Notes under the pieces: generated by a model
The model's database searches: none
What the model was told of the DNA's origin: nothing
Seen by the model: only the letters and a program-made list of their open reading frames with translations
From: Oopsacas minuta
Lineage: Eukaryota > Animalia > Porifera
Length of the DNA: 64,000 bases
NCBI GenBank assembly: GCA_024704765.1
Contig: JAKMXF010000299.1
Location: 62,001-126,000 of the forward strand
Direction of reading: 5' to 3'
In this document: positions 10,901 through 18,818 of the stretch, piece after piece
Numbering within the stretch: position 1 is the first letter of the stretch
How the letters are laid out: each line of letters begins with the position of its first letter
Made by a program: the position numbers and the translations under genes

Positions 10901-13900
10901 TTGGGTTCCTCCAGCTGGTAAACTCACTCAAGATGACAGCTAAAGAGAGCAGTAGGAGAGAACAGCTGAGAGCAGAGTTAGAATCTGATATACGGAATCT
11001 CATAGATTACAAATTTGATCTTTATTTGTTTGGCTCCTCTATCAACAAATTCGGGAGTGATGCTAGTGACGTAGACCTGTGTATAGTATTACATCCCCCT
11101 ACAGACGCCCTTATGTGTGTAGAAGAATTACCTATTACATGTATACTAAACAAACAGGATTTGAGAGAATGCACTGATCTAGAGTATAAAAACAAGATGG
11201 CTATATTAAAGGTAATTTCTAGAGAGTTGAATCGTTCCAAACAGTATAACAAGATGATACGTATACCAGCTAAAGTTCCTCTTATACGTTTTGAATACAA
11301 TTTCAATGATAAGTGTTACAGATGTGATATCAGTGTCTCTAACTCTCTAGCACTTAATAACTCGCGGTTATTATCAACTTATGCGCTATTCGATCAGAGG
11401 GTTCAAGATCTGGGTCTGTTAGTCAAACATTTCGGTAAATACATGGATCTAGCTGATGCATCACACGGTGGCTTATCTTCATACGCATATATCCTACTTA
11501 CAATACATTTCCTACAGAGAACTAATCCCCCTATTATCCCTGTATTACAGCAGGTTATACCGGATGGATATAAGGATACTTGTGTTAAGGTAGGTGAATG
11601 GGATTGTTACTTCTGTGATGATATAAAAGCAGTTAAGAAGGTTTGGAAGCACAAACAGAATAATCAGAATCTGGCTGATCTCTGGCTTGAATTCCTATGC
11701 TACTGTGTGTCTAAGTTTGATTGGGATAAACAGGTCATAACTCTTAGGCAGATAGAACCATTATCTAAAGTAGATAAGTACTGGACTAATAGGAAGATAT
11801 GTATTGAAGATCCATTTAATCTCAATCATAATCTGGGGACTGTTCTTTCATTTAGAAATGCAATAAGGCTGAGAAGAAAATTCATAGAAGCTCGTGAATT
11901 ATATCACACTTCTACTGATCTTAAAGTATCTTTAGGTTGGTTAGGGTTCGATTATGTACCGAGTAACATCCCTCCTACTCCTGCCAAAGTAAAATCCAAA
12001 CTTCCTCCCACCAAGCCAGCAGTTGTACACCCAGACCCAGAGGATTACCCCCTAAATAGCTCTCCTGGTACTGAGACAGTCCTCCTCTCTTGGTCTAATT
12101 CTCTGAATGAATATTGCGCTAACAGGACTAGTATTAACTATACTGACTGTGACATAATAGAGATATCAGATACACTGATACTACCATCTGTTATATCAGC
12201 TGATAAACGGGTAGATTCTACCCATCACCCTAATGGTATCAATTACACCTCCATAAAAGGAGATATACTCCTACTATCTGGTTCTAACGCTTACCAACAC
12301 CCTAATCTATCAACTCCTTTATGTGATACTAACGGGGCTACTGCTCCAGCTACCCAGGAGGCTGACCCACCCCCCGTTACGAATATACCCTCTCCTATGC
12401 AAGAGAAAGAGTCAGACAGCTTGTCATTAGAAGAAATGACTCAGCGGATAGCTAAGGAGTCCCTGGAGCATATAACAACGCCTCCTGATATGCTTCCTTC
12501 TGACAATAAGCCTCCTTACAACCATACTCTATCTCCTAAATTTAATTCACCTCCACAGAGTCCTAAAGAATACGATAATACTAAAGGTAATGATGTACCT
12601 CATCGAGCTAAAGGTACACAGCCTCACATTCCGTCTCCTGGATTTAAAACAGGGAGAGGCGGTACAAGGCCCTCACCACAGGATAACCCTCAAGTCCATC
12701 AGCATCAAATGCATGTAGAGGAGAGAACTCATAGTACTATTCACGATTCCTCTTCTAGAGCTAGAAAGATAGACTCAGCAAGGTTCAGAGGTCAGTCTAG
12801 AGTTAGAGAGCATCATCCTAAAAGAGATACAGCTGGGCAACAGATAGATGATATATTCTCTTCTTTATACTCATCGCCATACTCTGGAGGAAGTCATTAC
12901 AGACAAGAAAATTATGATTACGAAAATAATTATTACTCAAAAGGGAGGAGTCGATCAGCTAGAGGCAGAGGTATTGGTAGGGGAAGTAACAGTACAAGGA
13001 GGAATCGTTATAAATAATTACTTACAGAATTGAGCTTATATACGTATCCTCCAATGACTCTTAATACGTATAGTATTTCTATAGCTATAGCTTAATATGC
13101 CAGTATCTGTATTGATTGTAATGTATTTCTATTGTCCATTAGGTTATTCCTTATAGTGCTATTTCTGTAACTTTACCTCTATTTGTTATCCATAGCTGCT
13201 CAGATCGGAGAGAAAATAGCGCTAGCCGAATCTCTGGGGAGCGGAGGGCAGGTTGAAGAATGTATGAAGATAATGCAGGAAGTAGAGAGTACTAAATTAG
13301 AGAAACAAACAGCTGAGGAGGAGTATAGGGGATCAGCACCAACGTCTTCTCAACAAGCTCAGAAACTGAGAGTCTGTGAGGTATGTTCCGCCTATCTCTC
13401 CCTCTATGATAATGACAGACGATTGGCAGATCATTTCGGGGGCAAGCTTCATCTAGGATTCGTGAATGTTAGAGAAAAGATGCTAGAATTAACACAAGTA
13501 AGTTATATCGTATTACGTCACTACAGAAGATGGGTAGCGGTGTAGTGGTGTAGTGGTAACATGCTTGTTAATGTGTATTTCTAATCAATGCAGATAAGCA
13601 TTTGAGGTGAGTGTCTGCCCTGATTGTTTGGTTGATTCCCTCCTGACTGCTCCAATTATGTAAGTTAATCACATGCCAAATACCGAAACTTCCAAGTAAG
13701 TACAATATTGGTGCCCCAAACTATCCATATGAATTGGTCACGACAGGCATGTAGTAGATCCATATGTGCTATGACGTCAGCCCATATTCCCTCTTATACA
13801 ATTATATTGTATTAGAGTATAGAGGTTAAACGAAAGAGCGGGAAAACAAAGGTATGGCTGTCCTCTCGGCGCTGGAGAGATGAAGGTTCGAAGTTTCTTG

Positions 13901-15004
13901 AAGAACGACCGAGAGACTCTCCAAAGAGAGCTGTTAGGTCTCCGCACTATCGCTCATCTCCACGATATGGAAAGGATGATATTTCTAGAGATGATAGTAG
14001 GTCTTGGCGTGATGAGAGGAGCTCTTCAAGACGTAGACACAGACATAAACACAAATACAGAGATAGTTCAGATGAAAGGCATGATAAGAGGAGACGTTCT
14101 AGCAGGTTAGCATTGTATAAATTATAGATATTGTATTGGTATTAACTGATGCTTATTTTGCAGGGATAGAGATAGGCATGTACACAGAGATTCTAGATCT
14201 CGTTCTCATGAAAGACACAGGTCTTCTAGAAAGGATTCTAGAGACAGATCTCCTCGGAGGGATTCTAGGGACAGGTCTCCTGGGAGAGATTCTAGGTCTG
14301 ATTCTCGCGAAAGACATAGACAATCTCGTCATCATTCTCGCTCTCATTCAAGAGACAGTAGAGACAGTAGAGACAGGTATTCAAGTTCAAGGAGGTATTC
14401 AAGAAAGAGATCTTCCAGGAGAGGTTCTAGAGATAGGTCTTCAAGAAAGTATTCTAAGGACAGATCTCCAAGGAGAAGCTCCAGGTCTCATTCTGATGAA
14501 AGAAGGAAGAGATCTCATCGATATTCTCACTCTCGCTCTCGTGAGAGGAATGATTATAAGAGACACAGGTCTTCTAGCAGATATTCTAGAGAAAGATCTG
14601 ATGATAGAACTAGTAAAAGATCTCGTTATGACAATAGACATAGAGATATATCTCGTTCTCATGAAAGAGATAGAGAGAGAGCTCATTCTGATGATAGAAA
14701 TAGGAGAAAGTCTGACTCTTATGAGAGAGATAGAGAGAGATCTCATTATGACCATCGAGACAGAGACGATAGATCTCATTATGACGCTAGAGATAGGGAA
14801 AGATCTCATTCTATAGAGAGAATTAGAGAAAGATCTCATCATGATGACGATAGAGAAAGAGATAGATCTCATGATAATGAAAGAGATATTGAGAAATCTC
14901 ATTCTGATGATAGAAATAGGAAGAGCTCTGACTCTTATGAAAGAGACAGAGATACATCTAACTCCAACGGAACAGACAGAATGGAAAGCTTTCAATCTGA
15001 CTAG
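7954..15004 (+). CDS. LUC7L: LUC7-like U1 snRNP protein (exons 7954-8329, 13196-13497, 13816-14105, 14164-15004)
   Basis: Zn finger 1 (VCRPFLFGICPNEMFLNTKMDMGEC) is in exon 1 and Zn finger 2 (KLRVCEVCSAYLSLYDNDRRLADHFGGKLHLGF) in exon 2. The phase-1 intron 8330-13195 joins IHYL-A-AQIGEK. The RS/RD-rich tail in the last exons is in a frame the ORF track missed; stop TAG 15002-15004. Confidence 0.9.
8512..13017 (+). CDS. TUT4/7: Terminal uridylyltransferase TUT4/TUT7 (ZCCHC11/ZCCHC6) family, intronless, nested on the same strand in LUC7L intron 1
   Basis: Duplicated nucleotidyltransferase layout: degenerate N-terminal module (LFGQS...; LRTLCTLFNFWSSHCMLD), CCHC knuckle CGFCREKGHTKTEC, catalytic module LFGSSINKFGSDASDVDLC...RCDISVSNSLALNNSRLL...GGLSSYAYILL...CIEDPFNLNHNLG. 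Confidence 0.9.
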   Translation: MARTEPCLFSCLDCLQQISDITHKGNNEHKLHISVKSSVETGVYSCRIRFRRTEIETHGIVADTEREAKELFAEEVWRQMFRNMGELRKQIAKCVNFYKEKFLITNKITHISIIKTDGFFEKTLTVSTDIFMSRPETFTAVGRAQEKKLSLLLGEISLLFQLNEYFMFESLVRWNKHSGICEFSCKGYLDAVVQASDFLDKFPCIRENIFEIPGHIVCRICRSNFRSSQYALHHHSKERVKLNQIHTCIGINDANLATVVNTNLTAIYKSQYVIAEFVSEHKSTVFDSALNALIKQIPDVKLTLFGQSEEGMGQSYYILKFNVSSTLLRGEQLLLAMSRAFSATEEFQYNIQDFTDANPNVKSSHYSTGLDCIFHVRNEQSVELSKFIRSCGELSPELRTLCTLFNFWSSHCMLDQSESGYLYQEVFTLMVVHFLQHVVTPPRFPNLQLDKYMLKDILQRSEEGGSFEMFDSQLKLLFGSAKEDMGNLPCYPLWKLWLLMLQFFWVDFNYFHKISLQLQAGGDGTLLPQVRDDLDKDYMRLVVLSPLKQSNLAFSMKTNYAVHYFSDCFKDTLDYYRKRALTASVKPTQYDYPIRVDAMSRDTQIYRNIGERGIEQSPDLSIDISINLASNEVLEATATTIDTSSEVTAASEDLSLLSEKELIKQDNSSEDSDPNSGEEGLHPVKASSPDADEFVIFSDDVTSPASTIPLSLLTSVRYVIHGDSIEQEEEVVPYMELSDEVMESENKKNNFVKSQFIHICGFCREKGHTKTECPKEALPKVKLVSKPSADITRGLNIGFLQLVNSLKMTAKESSRREQLRAELESDIRNLIDYKFDLYLFGSSINKFGSDASDVDLCIVLHPPTDALMCVEELPITCILNKQDLRECTDLEYKNKMAILKVISRELNRSKQYNKMIRIPAKVPLIRFEYNFNDKCYRCDISVSNSLALNNSRLLSTYALFDQRVQDLGLLVKHFGKYMDLADASHGGLSSYAYILLTIHFLQRTNPPIIPVLQQVIPDGYKDTCVKVGEWDCYFCDDIKAVKKVWKHKQNNQNLADLWLEFLCYCVSKFDWDKQVITLRQIEPLSKVDKYWTNRKICIEDPFNLNHNLGTVLSFRNAIRLRRKFIEARELYHTSTDLKVSLGWLGFDYVPSNIPPTPAKVKSKLPPTKPAVVHPDPEDYPLNSSPGTETVLLSWSNSLNEYCANRTSINYTDCDIIEISDTLILPSVISADKRVDSTHHPNGINYTSIKGDILLLSGSNAYQHPNLSTPLCDTNGATAPATQEADPPPVTNIPSPMQEKESDSLSLEEMTQRIAKESLEHITTPPDMLPSDNKPPYNHTLSPKFNSPPQSPKEYDNTKGNDVPHRAKGTQPHIPSPGFKTGRGGTRPSPQDNPQVHQHQMHVEERTHSTIHDSSSRARKIDSARFRGQSRVREHHPKRDTAGQQIDDIFSSLYSSPYSGGSHYRQENYDYENNYYSKGRSRSARGRGIGRGSNSTRRNRYK
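13594..13606 (+). promoter_or_regulatory. Candidate 13-nt poison micro-exon in LUC7L intron 2
   Basis: tctaatcaatgcAG|ATAAGCATTTGAG|GTGAGT: branch-like CTAAT, CAG acceptor and a consensus donor. After phase-0 exon 2 it reads I-S-I-stop. Confidence 0.55.
14164..14960 (+). repeat. Degenerate coding repeats in the LUC7L RS/RD domain
   Basis: Recurrent agatctcat / gatagagaga units and a near-duplicate block ctcattctgatgatagaaatagga...ctgactcttatga at about 14684 and about 14898. Confidence 0.7.
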
Positions 15005-15216
15005 TCTGTGAGTTATTCCCCTCACTAACGTTATATTATAACTTATTTACTAGTATAATAGTATTTCTATTTCCATGTTTCGTACCAGTTCTAGCATCGT
15101 ATTTGTTCTTTTGTTGATACTTCACACAATTTGTTATTATTATTATTGTTAGTTGTTGCTAATTTGGTTATCTAAAATACTTAATGAATATCTTCGTAAG
15201 AAATAATCTATACAGT

Positions 15217-17520
15217 ATGGCAACCAAACGAGTATTTGATGTGAAAAGTAGGAGTAAAAGTGCTAAAAAGCGCAAGCGAGAACGTCCTAAACAGCCTCGA
15301 ATTGATTATGAGGAGATAGAGAAGGAGAACAAACTATTTGAGGAGTTCTACACTGAACAGGGAATTATATCTCCATCAGAATGGATCCATTTTATGTCAA
15401 CTGTAAGACTCCCATTACCTGCAACATTTAGACTGACAAGCAATACGTGTGTGTGTACAGATCTTGCGGATTGTCTCACTCAGCGCTATATCCAGAAATT
15501 CCCTAAGCTATCTACCAACAACGAGCCTATTAACCCTCCTATCCCTATCCCCTGGTATCCTAGTGGGTTAGCTTGGCATGTAGACATCACCAGGAAGGAA
15601 ATCAGAAATGACCCTGTCCTAGCTAGTTATCACTCCTTCCTAATGCGAGAGACAGACATAGGCTCTATCAGTCGTCAGGAAGCTGTCAGTATGATTCCAC
15701 CCCTCTTTCTTGATGTACAATCTCATCACAAAGTTCTAGACATGTGTGCAGCTCCTGGCTCTAAAACAACACAAATAATAGAAGCAATGCATCAATCACA
15801 CGCTCAAATACTCTTACAGCTACGGAGCTCTCAAGAATCTACAGCTACTGGATTAGTCCCTAACCCTCTTCCTCCTGGTTTTGTTGTAGCTAATGACTCT
15901 AATAACAAACGTAGTTATCTGCTGGTACATCAAGCTAAGCGTAAGAAGAGCGCTAATGTTATTGTTACTAATCATGATGGTACTACCTTCCCTAACCTAT
16001 ATCTATCACAAGATGATCACCGTACTGGGAATCACATTAAGTATGATCGTGTATTGTGTGACGTACCTTGTTCAGGAGATGGCACTATCCGGAAGAACCC
16101 AACCGTATGGATGAAGTGGGCCCCTCATAAAGCTAACGGCCTGCATCGTCTCCAGCTACGTCTCGTAGTGCGAGGGGCAGAGTTACTAGTAGACGGAGGA
16201 AGATTAGTATACTCTACTTGCTCTATGAATCCAATAGAAAATGAAGCAGTTATACACACCCTCTTGAAACTAGGAGAGGGATCTCTACAGCTTGTGGACG
16301 TGAGTACATCTCTCCCTGAGTTGGAGAAGAGATCAGGTTTGAGATCATGGAAGGTAATGAGTAATGCTAACGTGTGGATAGATACGGATAAGACAGAAGA
16401 GAATGCAGATGGGATACACTCTACTTTCTTCCCTCCTTCCTCTGATCAAGCAGACACCTACAACCTACAGAGATGTATGAGGGTATATCCACATCATCAG
16501 AATACAGGAGGATTCTTTATAGCAGTGATTCAGAAAGTAGCTCCACTGCCATGGTTGAAACTTGTTAAAAACCGTGATTCTCAAGCTGAAATCTCTTCTC
16601 CAGTTGAACAAGAACAACCTTTACTTGTAACTATCAGTGATTCTGTTAAAGATAAATCTAAGATAGAAAATCGTCCGTTTTCGGTATTCGGGAAGTTCTC
16701 CTCTTCCACTGGTTACAAGGGGTATAAAGAGGATCCTTTCATCTTCATGGACAGATCTGACGAGTTGATAACAGAGCTATCTACTCTGTATGGTATATCT
16801 GAGTCATTTCCCTGGGAGCACTGCTTTACTAGATCTGAAGGAAAAGCTAAGAATAACATCTACATGACTACATCTCTTGTATCCAAGATCTTAGCAACCA
16901 ATCAGGCAGATAAGAATGTAGTTAAGATTATAAACACAGGGTTGAGAGTATTCTGTCGATCTGATCAGTCAGTTGGATCTGTCTGTAAGCTCAGATTCTC
17001 ACAAGATGGATGTAATATTCTATTTAATTACTTTTCTAAGCGAAAAGTGACACTAACAGAGAGTGACATCATCAAGTTATTAGAGAATGAATCTATCAGT
17101 CTCAGTAGCTTATGTCCACAGAGCCTGGCTGATATTAAGGACTTACCTATTGGTCCTGTTGTTTTCATATGTAACCCTTCATCTGATTCTGCCAAATCTC
17201 ACACCTCTCCCGCTGACAATAAGGAACAATCTTCACCAGATACCTTGCTTCATAAACCTTACAAATGCTTCATAACCTGTCCTCTCATATTCTCTGGTTG
17301 GAAGGCTAACTGGTCAGCTCGTCTATTCGTTACTAAAGAACAGAAACAGCATTATCAAGTTATGTTAGGTTATGAACTCAAATCTGATGTTAGTCTAGAG
17401 GAAAAGAAGAAGTCTAGATTTGTCAGATGTCAAATTCGTGACAGTCTTGAACCCTCTATACCTACTGGTAATGGTAATGAAGGGAAAGATGAAACTGTTT
17501 GTGAGGAAAATACTACTTAA
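15217..17520 (+). CDS. NSUN2: NSUN2 tRNA/mRNA m5C methyltransferase, intronless
   Basis: SRQEAVSMIPPLFLDV...VLDMCAAPGSKT...YDRVLCDVPCSGDGTIRKNP...LVYSTCSMNPIENEAV...MRVYPHHQNTGGFFIAV. The start is placed at ATG 15217, directly after an acceptor-like CAG|T; the ORF track starts at 15184. Confidence 0.95.
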   Translation: MATKRVFDVKSRSKSAKKRKRERPKQPRIDYEEIEKENKLFEEFYTEQGIISPSEWIHFMSTVRLPLPATFRLTSNTCVCTDLADCLTQRYIQKFPKLSTNNEPINPPIPIPWYPSGLAWHVDITRKEIRNDPVLASYHSFLMRETDIGSISRQEAVSMIPPLFLDVQSHHKVLDMCAAPGSKTTQIIEAMHQSHAQILLQLRSSQESTATGLVPNPLPPGFVVANDSNNKRSYLLVHQAKRKKSANVIVTNHDGTTFPNLYLSQDDHRTGNHIKYDRVLCDVPCSGDGTIRKNPTVWMKWAPHKANGLHRLQLRLVVRGAELLVDGGRLVYSTCSMNPIENEAVIHTLLKLGEGSLQLVDVSTSLPELEKRSGLRSWKVMSNANVWIDTDKTEENADGIHSTFFPPSSDQADTYNLQRCMRVYPHHQNTGGFFIAVIQKVAPLPWLKLVKNRDSQAEISSPVEQEQPLLVTISDSVKDKSKIENRPFSVFGKFSSSTGYKGYKEDPFIFMDRSDELITELSTLYGISESFPWEHCFTRSEGKAKNNIYMTTSLVSKILATNQADKNVVKIINTGLRVFCRSDQSVGSVCKLRFSQDGCNILFNYFSKRKVTLTESDIIKLLENESISLSSLCPQSLADIKDLPIGPVVFICNPSSDSAKSHTSPADNKEQSSPDTLLHKPYKCFITCPLIFSGWKANWSARLFVTKEQKQHYQVMLGYELKSDVSLEEKKKSRFVRCQIRDSLEPSIPTGNGNEGKDETVCEENTT

Positions 17521-17616
17521 TTCTATGATAATACATTAGTTCTCCCTGTAATACTTACCTGTGGTCACAACTTACCTTACTATTTGTATTTATTTCATAT
17601 TCTAGCAACTTAGATA

Positions 17617-18693
17617 ATGAACTCAGATATTTGGGAGTCAGATGATCCTAGGAGATTCCGTATTGCCCGTTATTTCTTCTGCTTTGCTCGTTGGATTCCA
17701 ATTGCCCTGATTGTCGTCATCACTTTATATGTTTATTATGCCTATGTCGTAGTGCTATGCATCCAGCAGGTGGAGAATGACATACAGCGTATTGTATATC
17801 TTGTTTTTATTCATATTTTATTACTCATGTATGCCAGCACTTTCTTCAGAGCTGTATTCACTTGGCACGCTATAATACCACATAAATACACGTACAAACA
17901 TCCCGGGAATAGCACTGTATCTCTACAAGAAGGCTTGCTAGAGCATGCAGAGAGAGAAGAGCTAATTCTACACCAGAAAACTCCTACAGGAGAAATACGA
18001 TATTGTTCTAAGTGTGAGATTATTAAACCAGATAGAGCACATCACTGTACAGTATGTAATCGGTGTATTTTAAGGATGGATCATCATTGTCCTTGGATCA
18101 ACAACTGTTGTGCTTACTCTAACTACAAATACTTTATCCTATTCGTTAACTACTCCTTCTTCATCTGTGTTTTCATAGTTATATCTGGAGCTCCATATTG
18201 TGTACTGATATTCACAAACGATCCTCTCGACTCAAACTATCAAAAATACAACATACTAGCTATGGTATTGCTATGTCTACCATTCTCATTCTCTACAGCT
18301 ATGCTAGGCTTCTTCCATATATATCTAGCCTTACAGAATTCTAGTACCATGGAGACTTCACACCCCCCTCTGGTACTTGGCAAGAGGGACAAATACGCCT
18401 TCTTTATTGGGAGGAGACGTAACCTGGAATCAGTATTTGGTTCTAACATGTTCCTTGGATTTATTCCTATAGACAATAGACCTGGTAATGGATATGAGTT
18501 TGAATTAAATCCTAAATTAAGTACAGATAGTGAGAATCTATTCAGACCACATAGACCTGTTACTAACAGTACTGATAATACGAATGTAATTTCTAATGAT
18601 ATACGAGCTAATGAGCCTGTTACCTCTAACAACACTGATGCGGTAGAAGCAGATTCACCTGTGGTAGGAGAGCAATCTAGTTTGTTAAACTAA
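17617..18693 (+). CDS. DHHC palmitoyltransferase (ZDHHC2/15/20 clade), intronless
   Basis: [49 protein letters not shown], four TM segments, and NSSTME (TTxE-like motif). Confidence 0.92.
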   Translation: MNSDIWESDDPRRFRIARYFFCFARWIPIALIVVITLYVYYAYVVVLCIQQVENDIQRIVYLVFIHILLLMYASTFFRAVFTWHAIIPHKYTYKHPGNSTVSLQEGLLEHAEREELILHQKTPTGEIRYCSKCEIIKPDRAHHCTVCNRCILRMDHHCPWINNCCAYSNYKYFILFVNYSFFICVFIVISGAPYCVLIFTNDPLDSNYQKYNILAMVLLCLPFSFSTAMLGFFHIYLALQNSSTMETSHPPLVLGKRDKYAFFIGRRRNLESVFGSNMFLGFIPIDNRPGNGYEFELNPKLSTDSENLFRPHRPVTNSTDNTNVISNDIRANEPVTSNNTDAVEADSPVVGEQSSLLN

Positions 18694-18818
18694 GCTTTAT
18701 AATAAGAATTTCTTCTTTGATTATGTATATGTAGTTTGATTTAAAATTATTACTCAAATTTCTTACTGTTATTATACAATTACTCATCTACTCTATTAAC
18801 TATAGTTATTGCTGTAAG

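Noticed and set aside
13536-13580. tRNA-like A-box start (ggtgtagtggtgtagtggtaacatgc)
   Set aside because: No B box (GGTTCGA) at tRNA distance and no cloverleaf. The nearest ggttcga (about 13885) is inside a LUC7L coding exon.
14136-15025. ORFs 14136-14816 (+, 226 aa), 14441-15025 (-, 194 aa), 13880-14110 (+) and 14153-14347 (-)
   Set aside because: Shadow frames of the repetitive LUC7L RS/RD exons; the real frame has no ATG of its own.
17551-17561. ATACTTACCTG, identical to the U1 snRNA 5' end
   Set aside because: Nothing downstream resembles U1 stem-loops or an Sm site, and it lies in a 96-nt intergenic gap. It is better read as a branch-point-like CTTAC upstream of the ZDHHC acceptor.
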